A program made the position numbers and the translations under genes. 64,000 nucleotides of DNA from positions 124,001-188,000 of the forward strand of contig RSEE01000112.1 in NCBI GenBank assembly GCA_003971905.1, written 5' to 3'. This document shows positions 26,318 to 39,252 of this stretch, in pieces; the first letter of the stretch is position 1, and each line of letters opens with the position of its first letter. The stretch comes from Moniliella sp. 'wahieum' (taxonomy: Eukaryota). The notes under the pieces are model-generated. The model searched no databases and was not told the DNA's origin. It saw nothing but the letters and a program-made list of their open reading frames with translations.

Positions 26318-29184
26318 ATGTCCGACCGACGGGAGTGCGCCGCCGTCAACCTCAGCCTCGTGCGCACCATCTCCCCCCGCCCGTCGCGCAGCCACAGCCA
26401 CAGCCCGCACGTGCGCCACCAGCGCCGCCCGCCGCGGACGCAAGAGCGGCAGCCCGCCCTCCTCCACCCCCAGTCCCCGCGTCCGCCCCGGCCCCCACGG
26501 CCCGTCCCACGAACCCGAAAGCGACAGCTCGCCCTCCCCGCCCCACAGCTATCTTTCCCGCCGACGCGACCTCGACCTGTCTCCCCACCGCGGCCCAAGG
26601 GTCCATGTGGTCAGTGCGCCTGCGTCGCGGGTCCCGTCGCGGCGGCGTCGCCGGCGCTCCTCGTGCGCGAGCGCGAGCGCGAGGAAGCCGGGCCGGAAGA
26701 ACGGAGGAAGTCACGGTTGCGCAGTCCGCGTGTGTCGAGTATGCGTGCTATATCGCCCCGCCACATTTACCAGATGAGTCCCGGCAGTCACTTACGATCG
26801 ACGTATGCGTCGCCCGGGTCGTCGCCGTCCTTGCCGCCCGGAAGGGCGGTGCACACGCACCTCAGTCCTCTCCTCGCCGAGCGGGCACGAAGCACAAGTC
26901 CATTACCGCGTAGCCAGGCGTCGGCTTGGTACGCCCGCGCGATCGGGCCGGGGCCGTCGCGCATCTCGGCCTTGGCGCGAGAGCCGCCGACCAATGCGGA
27001 TTCTACCCCGACGGGCACCACGAGTGGCGGGAGCGGCGCAGCGTCCGATACGGACGACTTGCGTAAGCCCCCGGAAATTATTGAGCCCAAGCAGGAAGCA
27101 AAAGACAGTGGGGCGCGAGAGGCAAAGCAGGAGGAAACGGTCGCCGCCGATCGGTCCCCTTCGTTGGCAGGTACGTACTGGTTTCTTTCCTTACCGTCCT
27201 GTGAGCCGAACCCCAGGAGAACTGACGCGCTGACGGTTGTTGGATCGATAGGGATGTCCTACTTTTCTCACAGTATGTTCCGGGACGAAGTCCCCAATTC
27301 GCCGTCTCGGTTGGGTGACTTTGCCGCCTCGTCCATTCGCGGCACGCCCGAGGAAGAGGAGGCTCCGATGACGCTGGACCTAGAGGGCAAGTCGGAACCG
27401 CAATCACCAGGGAAACGGTACGGGCCTTCGTTGGCCGCCAACGAGGAGATCACAATGTTGTTGGCTGCCAGCTCGGAAGCGGACAAACAGACGCACAGCA
27501 CTCCCTCAACACAGGTACCACCCCCGTCTCTCCGCAGCCACGAAGACGTCTACCCGTCCCCCCGCCCTTCGGCTTTGGCGTATCCAGAATGGTCCCTTCC
27601 TGGCGCCTCGTCGTTGCGAGCTCCGGCCCCGACACCGGGAGCATCAACCTCGACTGCGAAGCCCCCGTCGGCACCTTCATCTCGGAGTAAGGAGAAGTTG
27701 GTGCCTCCCCCCGCGGCATCCGTGACTTCGCCTTCTATGGTAGGCTATCCTTTCTATTCGCGTTCGCAGCTCTCTGCCCCGCTAGTGTGGGAGATGGAGG
27801 GAAGTACGGCACCTTCGTCTGGGGTGCTGCCTCGACCAGCAACGCCACTACCAACGCAAACGCCAATGCCAATACTAATACTAATGCTCATGCCCATGCC
27901 AATGTCAATACCAATCTCCATGTCAGTGCCAATCCCAATGTCAATGCGCTTGCATCCAAACCCAGTCCGCCCCTTCCTGCGAGTGGGCAGGGATGGTACT
28001 ACCCAGCCCCCGGGGTATCCCAGCAAGCGCACGACGCTCTCTTGCCGTCACGGCCGCTGCGCACGAGAAGATGCACGGACCAAAACGGAGGCGATCGGCC
28101 GCGGGAGGTGGAACGCCGTCGCCTTCGCCCCAACGGAAGCGCGAGCCCACACAGTATCCTTGCCCAGTATGTCGCGAAACGTTTCCCCGCCAGCGCGAAT
28201 TGACGGTGCATATGAATGTGCACACGCCCCAGGTGACCAGCGAGCGTGCAAGCGCTCTGCCCAAAGTCACCCTGTCACCCAAGGACTCCAAACTGGAAAA
28301 GAACAAGGACAAGCAATGGGGCCCAGCCACGAGTACAGGTACGGGTCCGGGTAGGGGACGGGTACAGGTACAGGTACGGGTACACGTATGGGTCCGGGTA
28401 CGGGCACAGGTACGGGTGCAGGGGAAAAAGCGCATGCGTGTCCGGAATGCAACAAGCACTTTTCGCGTCGGTCGGATTTAGCTCGGCACATGCGAATCCA
28501 CTCGAACGAGCGACCGTTTGTGTGTGAGGTAGCGTCGTGTGGCAAGACGTTTATTCAACGATCGGCATTGACGGTGCACAGTCGGGTGCACACGGGCGAA
28601 CGACCGCACCAATGCGAAGAACCGGGGTGCAACAAAAGTTTTAGTGATTCCTCCTCGTTGGCACGCCACCGTCGGACCCATTCGGGCAACCGGCCTCATG
28701 CATGTGCCTTCCCCGGATGCGGCAAACAATTTACCCGTCGCACCACGCTCAATCGCCATGTCCGCGTGCACGACGAATCGTTGCGGCAGATGGGACTGCC
28801 GCTCCAGGCCGCCTTACCCCCGTCGGCTCGGAGGAGGAGGAAGAAGAGACGAAGACGAAGACGAAGACGAAGAGCACGAGGGGGAAGGCACGAACCCACC
28901 ACCCCGGACCCAGCGCCACGCCAAGCAGGCAAGACCAAGTCGCGGGCGTAGAGGCCGCGGCCCGCCCCCCCCCCGGCAGGAACGGCGCACCACGACCGCT
29001 CTCACTCGGACGCCGAGGCGGCACTGATGCTCATGCAGGCTGCTGGCGCCGGGCGAGGCTTTCCCTGGAGCGCGCTGGGATGGAGCTGGGCTTGGCAGAC
29101 CAAAGACAAGGGCAAGGCTTGTTAGACCATATTCTCTCGGCCGCCGAGCAGGCCGAGGAGGCGAAACGGACTAGGGAAAGGTGA
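26318..29184 (+). CDS. C2H2 zinc-finger transcription factor (one isolated finger plus four tandem fingers)
   Basis: [10 protein letters not shown]...HMNVH; then [31 protein letters not shown]...HTGERPHQC...[13 protein letters not shown]...HVRVH at about 28430-28770. Long disordered N-terminus; start uncertain. Confidence 0.88.
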
Positions 29185-29934
29185 GGTGAGGCGGCGAGGC
29201 GACGAGGCCACCTGATCTACCAATCTGCCGATCTGCCGTAGATCTGCGATGCGGACGAGAGAGGCGGCGTGAATGCGAAAAAATGTGGATAGTTGGCATT
29301 GTACGCGGGCATGGGCTACAGGCTAAAGTGTAAAGTGTAAGTACAACTAGAAAATAGCGATGGTAGGCCCTATCGCCGTTAACGACAAGACAGCAGAAGG
29401 GCGCAAGAGACAGGAAGAAAGGAGCGAAGAAAGAGGGAGGGTGGGGGGCGGCTTGGGGGGGCATGTGAGCGGGAGAGAGACCAACCCCACGGGCAGCAAA
29501 GGCTACTAGATGTAGGGCTGCTCCCCCGTGGACCCTGGGCTGATGGCCATCGCCTTGGTGGCCCACAATGGATCCCGTCTTAGTACCCACCAGGGCCAGC
29601 CGGGATACGAAACAAACGTTTGTTGAAGATTGGACGAGAGATAATACACATCACGACCATCAACAAGTAACAGGCAGACACAATGCCTGTCGGTCTCACG
29701 ACCAACTATATATGTGCGAGACTGGAGTCCCTTCACATGCACACACAAGAACGAAGAAGAAGGGTAAGCCGGTACGTCAAGCCGGTGTATATGGTCAATT
29801 GTGGTGGTGTGGGCAGCGGCCCTCGCCCCAAATGGGGGGGACTGCGCCGCCAAGCTACCCATGAGGAGGTAAGTGGTGGAGGAGGGGGAGGGGGGGGGGG
29901 GCACGGGGGCACGTGAACGCAGGATCGCGTATGC

Positions 29935-30016
29935 AACGGTGAACGGATGAAGGTGAACGGATGAAGGTTGAACGGATGAAGGGAACGGATGAAGGTTGAA
30001 CGGATGAAGGTTGAAC
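29935..30016 (+). repeat. Imperfect 14-15 bp tandem repeat (GAACGGATGAAGGT[T]) x about 5
   Basis: Direct reading. Confidence 0.85.
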
Positions 30017-30473
30017 TGACCAATCGTCCAGGCAACATCAGTATCGGATCGTGAAGCTTGAAATGAAGCGGGCGTGAAAATGAAGCGGGGGGGGTATAGT
30101 CGCCGCGGTTGATGAAAAAGACCCAAGTTGTATGGGACAATTGAGAGGAGACATGGCACTGTGATGTAGGAATCGAAGGGAGGATCTGGAAGCGAGAGGA
30201 GAATGCGTTCGTGTTGGCGTCAGTCTTTCAGATGAATAGGAAACGGTAATAGAGCAAGGCAGGGGGTTGAAAAGGGAAGATATGTGGGTTGATGTGGGAT
30301 GGAGGAAAGAGGCGGGAGGTAGATACGAGGTGGGCCAGTGAATATAGGCCTACACTGATCGGCGGCGGTCTGGCTAGCAAATCCATAGCAGCCGGATATA
30401 AAAGAAAAAGAAAAAAAGAAGGGGCGTAAAGAGGAAAAGGTGGTCCAGTTCCGATGCAGCCATACGGATCCTC

Positions 30474-31580
30474 CTACTGTACTAACAGGGAGACCACTCG
30501 TTCGTAGCGCAGGTCCGTTTCCGATCCAGCTGCCCCAGAAGCCGAACCCGACGGATCGGGCATGGTACCGTCCAGACCAAGCACTACCACCGCCGCTTTG
30601 TTCTCCCTCTTGGACGGCTTCCCTTTCCGACCCAAACGGGTGGCCGACAAGCTACTCAGGTCCGGCAGCTTGTCGCGACAGAGGATCCGATTTCAATGGC
30701 GTCGTAAAGCGTCGGATCGAGGGAAGGCTTTGCCACAGCTTGGCACAGTACGGTTTGTCGCCCGTCTGCAGTTCAGAGGTGGTCGCATCAGCAGTCCGTC
30801 GCTTGTGGGTTGTCCCACACATGCCATGACAAGCAAGCAAGCAACCAGGGAAGCAAGCACGCAACGAACAAGGGGGAGTGGAATGGATTGAAGGAATAGG
30901 GGAGGGGAGGGGGGCGTACGTGACTGCGCGCATGGCGTTGCAAGTCGTGTTTGCGGGAAAAAGTACGGTTGCACGTGGACAAACGAAGGGTTTGAGATTA
31001 ATGTGGCTGCGGAAGTGGGCTTTGAGGTTGTACGAGCGGTTCTTGGGGAACACTTTGGCGCAGTTGGGGAACGGACAGAAAGTGGCGGCGGGACGAATAG
31101 GCTGTGTGGTTGGGTCATACCCCAGGAAGCGAGCAGCGTCTCGGTTTCGTCGGCTAGCAAGGGGAAATGGGAAGATGAGAGGGGGGAAGGGGAAGGGGAG
31201 GGGGAGGAGGAGGAGACCATGGGGAACGATGAGAGGGAGTGGGAGTGTGGGCCCAACTGGCCCACCGTAGCGGTCAAAGTGTCTGGGAGAAAAGGGAGCC
31301 AGAACGAGAGAAAGAGAAGAGGGTCGTACAGCGGAACTCGCATCCACTCGGTTCCTTCTGGCAGTACGACGGTTCAAAACGTTTCTTCACTCTGCTGCAT
31401 GCCGAACAACGGTGGCCTCTCGGGATCAAGGGCGTTGGGGGGACAAGTTGAGCGGGCTGTGATCGAGGTCGAAGCGCAGGTACTCGTACTGAGCAACTCT
31501 GATCCAGGGCTGAAGGAGGAATCGCTTCCGTGGGCGGACGTGAGCAAAGGATTGTTCTCCATCGCAGACGGAGGAATCAT
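30474..31580 (-). CDS. Small C2H2 zinc-finger protein with Crz1-like fingers
   Basis: FCPFPNCAKVFPKNRSYNLKAHFRSHINLKPFVC, CNRTFSRKHDLQRHARSH, intron, TGDKPY...GKAFPRSDALRRH. Both ends approximate. Confidence 0.8.
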
Positions 31581-33825
31581 GTCTAGTAGCCAAACCTGCC
31601 GTTTATGAGCGTTAGTGTACATGCACGCGCTTGTCACGTCAACGGACGGGATGAGATCCCATATGCGAAAACACAAGAAAACGTACGTTGTCCCCAGTGG
31701 CGCATCAAGAGAGAGGGAGGCAGGGTCAAGGAAAGTCCGTTGAGGGGCATGGTCGCGGGTCGTTCAAGGCGTCAAGAAGGCGTGGCTGTGCGTGAGAGAG
31801 AAAGATGGTGGTGGGATGTCGAAGAGAAGTTGCTGGGAGGGGAAAAGGTTGCACCACCACCATAATTACACCCGTTTCGGGTTCAGGGGCTTTAAGGGTA
31901 TATCTTGGTTTTTGTGGCTTGGCGCACAGGCCCCGCGATCCCAGTGTGCGCCCCTATAGGACTCCTGAGACTGCCCCTCTCGCCCGGCTGTGACATGTCA
32001 TTAATCAGTGCGACAAGTGAGCCGCTGAGGCTTACCGCTGCTTGGAGGGACGGTGTCTCGCTTAGAGACCTCGGCCGCCAGGCCCAATCGCTGTGATCGA
32101 GTATTCACGGCAGCTCGCAATCAAGCTTCTAGCTTCAAGCATCAAGCCTCACAAGCTTACTTGGTTTCATTGCGGCTTTCCTCCCTCCTCCCTCCTCCCT
32201 CCTCCCTCCTGCTGCAATACCTTCCTTATCAGACATGCAAAACTTACAATCCAGCAAGGCCGAAGCTCTCTAGAAAAGATGCTGGGTGGAGCAGGTGGAC
32301 TCTCTCATCGATCTCATCGATCATCCCCCCCCCCGCGTTTTCATTAGCCTGAGTCATATACATAGGTCATACGATCTCATCGAGATCTCATCCCACTACC
32401 CCATTGGGCGTGTGTGGCCTCGGCTCTACCTCTCTCTTCTCCTACGCCACATCGTCGTTCCTCCTGCGTCAGCCAGAGCGCCACGACTACGTCAGCAGGA
32501 GTCAGGAGAGCCCATCCTGTCCATCCCTTCAACGACTAGTTGGAGGAAAAGAGCAACCTACTACTAGTATAACTGGAGTAACCCTCAACCTTCCTGCGCT
32601 CGCTCTTGGTTTTGTCATGCACATCGTGTTTTCGGTGCCTGTCCGCTAACACTGACATTCGCAAGTCCGGGTGCTGCATCATCGATTCCACAGCCGCCGC
32701 GCTGGCCGCTCAGGCCAGGCGCTAAACCAATAAACGTTGCAATCCCTCCGCCGGCTCGGCTAAGGGGAAGTGAGAGGAGATGGTGGTGCAGTTCATTCAT
32801 GAGTCCGAAGCAGACTGGTAGATATAGCAGGGGAGAGAAAGAGAGTAGGTGCCTGAGCTGAACATGTAGCCATGTGGTCTGATTTATGTGCCCACGCTGG
32901 CAGGCTCACCTCATCGATCATCTCGACTCGAGGCCTACATGTGCCCCTTGATCGCAATGCACATGCGAGCTCTTCTCCTTGCCGTTTTCCCCCCGCTGAA
33001 GAGGGAATCCGCCGTCTGAATCGTACACCGTGGGGACTGCCCCCTGCTCCCAAACGTGCCTTGTGCCTGCTAACGTACTTCCGCATCCTCCTTATGGGGA
33101 CCATGAAAGTAGAGCGAATGTGAAGATGGAAAAAGAAAGGCAAACTAAGGGTTAGAAGTTGCCTGCGGTCGGCACAGTCGGTGTACTATGCGACTGGGCA
33201 CGTTTGACCGGTGTCTCTCCATCAGCAGCAGGGCTAGTACTCCCACACCACACTTTGGTTCGCTTCCTTCGGTCGTCAAGGCGATGGCAGGACAGGCCAG
33301 CCGCCAAGCCTTAGGTGAACAAGGTGCTGGTGGTGCATCTCGCGGAAGCGGCTGCTGGGGGGCTAGATGGAGGTGGCCATTGACGGGCAAGTGGGAGGTG
33401 ACCGGTGAAAGTTGCAAGCGTGCTCAATTGTCGATCGGAGGGGAACGCAACGAAACACGAAACACGTGGCTTGGAGCGTCGACAGGGGGCAAAGCGGGGA
33501 GGAAGCAGCTCTGCTGGTGGCCGGTGGCCGGTGGACTTCGGGCCATGGCTCGGGCCCTGCAGTGTGCCCCTGTGCTGCGCCCAAAGATAGGGGCTCGGTG
33601 GGCGTTGGGGTTCCATCGACGCGTATATTCTCCCATCCGCCCACTCGTTTTCTCCCACGCGTCGACTGAAGGATTATGCCGGTGACGCAGACAGGGAATG
33701 AATGGAGGATCAGTCGGATGATTGGATGATCCACCATCCGCACTTCCCTTGCGTTTTCCCACCCGCCTCCCATTGGTCTGGGTCTGGGTGTGCCTACTAC
33801 TAGTGACTCTCCACCCGCACGCAGC

Positions 33826-34614
33826 ATGCCCCACGCCGTACTGCTCGACGTGTCCTGCCTCGTCGGCAGCCCCGCCGCCGAGCTCGCGGAGCTAGAGCGC
33901 GAACTTAGCTTGCCGCCCGCCTGGCTCCGCGCCGCGCTCGCCTCCCACGGGCACACCAGCGTCCTGGCCCAGCTCGAGCGCGGCCAACTGACATACGACC
34001 TGGCCCTACCGCTGCTCGAGTACGAGTTGAACAACCACACCCTCGTCCGCGCACCTACCAAAACCTCCTTGCCACCTGCTGCACGGGGTCCGCTCCCCCT
34101 GCCCCTCCGCCCACCTGGACACCGGCCGGATTGACCCGGGGCGCGTGCTGCGCGTCCTGCTCCGTGCCCAAGCGCACTGCCACCCATTTGCCCTGCGTAC
34201 CGTTCGCCGCTTGCGCAAGGCAGGCGTGCTCGTAGGCGTGGTGGGCAACACGTTGCCCTGCCGCCTTCCAATTGGTCGTCGGCAGACGCAGACGCAGACG
34301 CATATGTAGACGCAGGGCGAGGCCTGGCGCCACTGCTGCACAAGCAAGTGGACATGCTACTTCTCAGTCACCAAGTGAGTGCGCGTGCGCCCTCGGCCCA
34401 GTTTCGCACGCTCCTCCGTCGCTCCTTGGCCTTGCACGCCGTCGCGCCTTCCCAAACTATCTTTCTCACTGCTACTGGCACACATGTACCCCCCCTGCGC
34501 GAGATGGGATTCCACACCCTCCTCGCTTCGGACTTTCCTCTTGCCCTCGACCGCTTGCTCACGTTTTTCCCCCACCTGCCTTCGTCGGCATGGACGTCGG
34601 ACCCGCGGTTGTAA
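33826..34614 (+). CDS. HAD-like hydrolase fold protein (sEH/ACAD10 N-terminal-like), divergent
   Basis: MPHAVLLDVSCLVGSP (motif I-like), VRRLRKAGVLVGVVGN (motif II), DMLLLSHQVSARAPSAQF (motif III-like), PSQTIFL...LREMGFHT. Confidence 0.6.
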
Positions 34615-35891
34615 TAGTCATCGGTCGCAAGTCACCAAGTCTTTTCCCCCTTGCCTGTTGCCCGTTGTCCCTTGCCCGTGGTCCCTTGCACCTTGTTCGT
34701 TGTCCCTTGGCCCTTGGCACGCTCACATACTGCACACATCCTGTACTGTCGTCACGCTCTTACGTCTTAATCCGATCTTTTGCCTACGCCCCCTGCACCC
34801 CCTGCCTCTGGGAAGCGACGACGTTCCACGTTCCACTCGCAACAATGGTAGTAGTACGGTAGTACGTTGGTTGGTTGGTAGTCCACATACGGGACTCGGG
34901 CACAAGTTGTAAGCTATTATAGCTTGCGTTTCCTGTTCTTGCTTTTCTCAGCGCTCAGCTTCCGAACCCACAAGTCCATCATATGTCACACTAATCCTAC
35001 ACTGCTCTCCCGGCCCGCAGTGTTCAACGTTCACTTACCCAAAGCGAGATCCCTCACACTGTTCCAAGGAACGGGGAATGGGTTATGGTCTCCCCCCCCA
35101 CAGACAGGACCGAGTGCATACTTCGTACTTCCCGACTACCGTCTCCGAGCGGAACCGCGGGGTAGAACCAGGACGAAGGGGTAGAGAGGGCGGTAGGATC
35201 TTGGTCCTACCAGCCCGACCGTCACTTCAGTTTTCTGCACTCGTTCTTGATCCCCTTTGACTTGGCTCTGGCCAGGCAAGGAGACCTGTGCCCTATGCAC
35301 CTCGGTGCCAGCCCGCGCACTCTTGTGTCACATGCCATGGTCTGCAGGTCTGCTGCCCCGCGCGAAAACCTACTCACCTACTCTCCCAGAGCCTTACCTG
35401 TCGTGCGAGCAGGAGCGTCCCAAGCTCGTTCAACAGACCAAACCGGGACGGGGGCACGGTTACCGGTCCCGGTACTGCTGTTCAGGCCTGACCCTGATCT
35501 ACTGCATGGCCACGCGGTCGGAACTCAACAGTACTCACCTACTATACTACATTGCCTTGTCAGTTGTCTACCTTGCCAGTTGCCGCTCGACGCCCATGAC
35601 ATATGCATGTGACACCCCTCACAATTCCCACCTCGACTCGGATGGATCCCTGTTGACGCGTGGGGTCCAGCGGGACTCTACCTTGCACCTCACTGTCAGC
35701 AGGGTAGAACCGCACGAAGCAGCGTGTAAAGGCGGGATGCGACCCCCCCCCCCCCCCCCCCCCCGCCCCCGCTTTTGGCACCTACTTCTTGGGCTGGGCA
35801 GTGTAACATTCAGTGGCTCCTGTATTCCCTCATCATTGCTCTGGTTCCCTCTATCTTCCTTCTGGGTTGGCCCTTGCGTACAACAGGTTGC

Positions 35892-36902
35892 CTACCCCGT
35901 CATCGCGTTTGCGACCACGCAGGCGCACTAGGACCAGTTTGTCAGTCAGTCGTCAGTCGTCAGTCGTCATCGTGTGCAGTTGGCTTTTGGCTATTGTTTG
36001 GCAGCCAAGGCGCGCTCAGAACCAACGTACCATCATGCAACTTGTTTCGAATCTCCTCCACGGCGCGAACCTTGTCCCCCTTCTGGGGCGGGGGGGTCTT
36101 ACCGTTCTTTTCATTCTTGCCGTTCTTGTCCTTATCGTTCTTGTCGTTCTTGCCGTTCTTGCCCTTCCCGCGCGGCTGGAGCAGCGCCTCAAGCGAATCA
36201 AAGTAACTCTGCATCAGCAGGTCAAACAAGTGCGGTGCATAGGGGTGGGTCGAACTAAATGCTCGCTCTAGCACATATAGGTCCACCGCCTTGTCCTCCG
36301 CCAACGTCGATTGCCCCGCCAACCCAAAATCAATCACTACCACTTGCAATGCGCCCTGACGCCGACGCACAAGTAAGTTGGACGTGGTCAAATCCCCATG
36401 AACCAAGTTGGCCGCATGCAGCTGCGCCACCGTCGCACCCACTTGTCGCATCAGCTCTTCTTGCTCCCCAGCAGCGGTACAACCACCTCCTCTTCTTCCT
36501 CTTCCTCTGCTTCTGCCCCTCCTGTTGGTGTTGGGTTTGGTGTTGCTGGTGGTCCGCCTGCGCAGGCGGGACCAAGCTACCGCCGCGCTCGGCCTCATGG
36601 GGAGCGCCGAGCGCCGCGCGCACCGTCGGGCCCCGCACCGGCTCGAGGGCCAAGATGCCACTGGCTGGATCTACAGCATACACGGCCGGGACGGGGATAG
36701 CGGCTTTGGCAGCGCGCTGGAGCGCACGCGCTTCGGCCGCCGTGCGCGCGGCTGTCAGACGCCCGTCGAGCACTGGGTGGCGGTACGTCTTGGTAAACCG
36801 GTGCTTGAGGATCGCAGGCCGCGCTTCCCACAGCGTGCCGAGGTACACGCGCCCCTCGGCGCCCTGCTGCAGCAGCTGGCTGGTTCCGAGCAGCGCCTCC
36901 AT
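35892..36902 (-). CDS. BUD32: KEOPS complex kinase Bud32/TP53RK
   Basis: QGAEGRVY, KHRFTKTYRHPVLD, VHGDLTTSN, VIDFGL, EDKAVDLYVLERAFSSTHP, and a last exon VRLRGRKR after an intron at about 36030-35929. Confidence 0.95.
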
Positions 36903-37370
36903 CGCCGATACGCAGCAGGTGCGATGGTGGGGGTGGTGCGGAGCGTTCGGCGGCACCCCGCCCTCCAATGGGGGAAGCAGGAAAGCACCAAACTTAATCT
37001 TGAAGGCGCACACAACAGGGCCCCATCGGTGCAACGCCTCACATGTCACGTGTCATCCATCATCTAAATCACTGGGGAGGCCCATTCTGGACACGTGATG
37101 TGACAGCCGTCGAAGCATGGGTGTGATGTGTGACATGTGATGCGCACTGGTTGATGGGCAAGGCATGGGGCCAACCCTATTGCGCCCAACCCTGCTGAGG
37201 GCAGCAGCAGGGTTAGTGTGCTGCACGGCCCCTGTGCCAGACGGGTCATTTATTGCGGCGTGGCTGGCCGTGCGCTGCGGAAGTGACCCAAGCGGCGGCG
37301 CTCGGTGAGCTCTCGCGCCTAGACACCCGCCCGCCCGCCTCGCCGCCCCACCCGACCAACTAGAAGCAAG

Positions 37371-38054
37371 ATGAAGGTGCGTATTGCCAGCGCCTCGGCC
37401 GTCCTGTCCTGAGCGGAGTTTCGCGCGTGTCCTCCGCGTCCTTGTCCTCCGCCCCCCCGGGCCCGGTCGAGGGGAAAAAGAGGAGTGGAGAGGAGTGGAG
37501 AGGAGTGGAGTGGAGGAGAGGAGTGCGTCACGCCCCCACCTGGACACAGGCTAACCCCCACCTGGATTCTGGATTTGCGTCACGTAGGTTGAGACGGACT
37601 CGTTCTCGCTGCGCAAGGTGTACCCGAGCCGAGGCCGGCTGTTTGTCCGCTCGGGCGACGGCAAGGTGTACCGGTTCAACTCGCACAGACGGAGCAGCTG
37701 TTCCTGCAGCGCAAGAACCCGCGCAAGATTGCCTGGACGGTCTACTTCCGCCGGATGCACAAGAAGGGCATTTCGGAGGAAGTGGCCAAGAAGCGTTCGC
37801 GCAAGACGGTCAAGCACCAGCGTGGCGTTGTCGGCCTCTCCTTGGCTGACATCCAGGCTAAGCGGAACCAGAAACCCGAGGTTCGCTCGGCCGCTCGCGA
37901 CGCGGCCAAGTCCAAGTCCAAGGAGGAGAAGAAGGCCCGTGCCGAGGCCCGCAAGGAGGCTAAGAAGGCTGGCACCGCCCCTGGCCCCAAGCTCTCCAAG
38001 CAGCAGATGAAGGGCGCTGCCGCGGGCGTCGGCAAGAACTTTAAGAGCGTTTAA
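37371..38054 (+). CDS. RPL24: 60S ribosomal protein L24 (eL24)
   Basis: ATGAAG, intron 37377-37587, then VETDSFS...[42 protein letters not shown]. Confidence 0.97.
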
Positions 38055-38570
38055 TTGGTCTGCTGACGAGGCGTGGCGCAGGCACAGGGCTTATCAGAGC
38101 TTATCCCCCCCCCCTCTCCCTCATCGCAATCCTCCCCGCTCGCCGGCCGCTGGATGGGGTTGGCCCAGGTGCTTGCGTATGCGCTCCCCGATGCGTGTAG
38201 ATGGCCTTGGCCTCTGCAATCGAAAACCGTGCATGATGGCACTTATGCTCTCCTGTTGCCTTGTCGGTGCGCACACGTAGCTGAGTGCGAGATGTGGTGT
38301 GGTGTGGTGGCGTGGGTTGGTCCTATGGATGTAGAGCAGACGGCGCGCACTGTGCTCCGACGAAGGCTGCTGGTGCACGTTGGTGCGAATCGTCGCGGGA
38401 GGATCGTGACTTGTAGGTATCCTTTGATCCGGACTGGCTGGAAGCATGGGCGAGGCAGGCGAGGAACTGGAGGATGGCCTCGGAAGAGTGGTCACGAGAT
38501 CACGGTCCATGTTTAGGCCTTAGGGTCCAAACCTTCCCTCAAGACTGAGAAAAAGAGATTTACCATCCAA

Positions 38571-38654
38571 GCCTCTTTGGCTCAGTGGTAAAGCATCTCA
38601 CTAGTAACTAATTCTGGCATGAGAAGATCGGTCGTTCGATTCGGCCAAGAGGCA
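38571..38654 (+). tRNA. tRNA-Thr(AGT): tRNA-Thr(AGT) with 12-nt intron (38607-38618)
   Basis: Acceptor stem GCCTCTT/AAGAGGC, D arm, anticodon stem TCTCA/TGAGA with loop CT-AGT-A, T arm GGTCG-TTCGATT-CGGCC, followed by a poly-T Pol III terminator. Confidence 0.95.
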
Positions 38655-39252
38655 CATTTTTTTTGTTGTCCCATCATTTAACGCTGACAATCGCCCACCG
38701 ACCACCGACCTTCGCACCGCCACCACCCGCTCCTCGTCGGTAGCCACCAGCGCGCGCCCCGCCGCGGTCGGTGCGATACAGTTCCAGCTGCGCACACGTC
38801 TCAACCTGGCGCAGGTTCAGGTGCGTCGGCGCCTCAAGCCGGTCCGGTACCGAGCAGTCACAGTGTGGAACGAGGACGAGGTGGTAAGGTGCCCAACCGG
38901 CGCGGCGGGGTGAACGCCCGGCAGTCTCCTTTTTTTCTCTCTCTCGCCCGGCTCCAGCGGCATCGTTTGGATGCCAGCTTTCCTTCCCCTCGGCACGGCA
39001 CGGCACGCTTAAGTGGGCCATCTCACCTACGTCCGCGCCCACGTCACAGCACTACAAATACATACGACCAACTCGAGAGGCTACAGGTGTGCATTTGCAA
39101 TTGTTTTCATGCACTTGCCGGGCGGCTGCGTAGTGCCAAAAAGAGAGGATCAACGTGGAGGAAGCGGCCATGCAAGTAGGGTGGTACAGCGGAGAGGGAG
39201 AGCAAGGGAGGGCGAGAGGGAGAGCAAAGGAGAATGAGAAGGACGGAGAGGA

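Noticed and set aside
29935..30016. Short repeats as a possible CRISPR array
   Set aside because: The units are contiguous with no unique spacers, the context is eukaryotic, and there are no cas genes.
34900..35880. Possible gene between the HAD-like gene and BUD32
   Set aside because: No recognisable motifs in any frame.
37600..37760. Programmed frameshifting in RPL24
   Set aside because: No slippery-site or stimulator pattern, and indels are scattered across all genes, so sequencing error is the simpler explanation.
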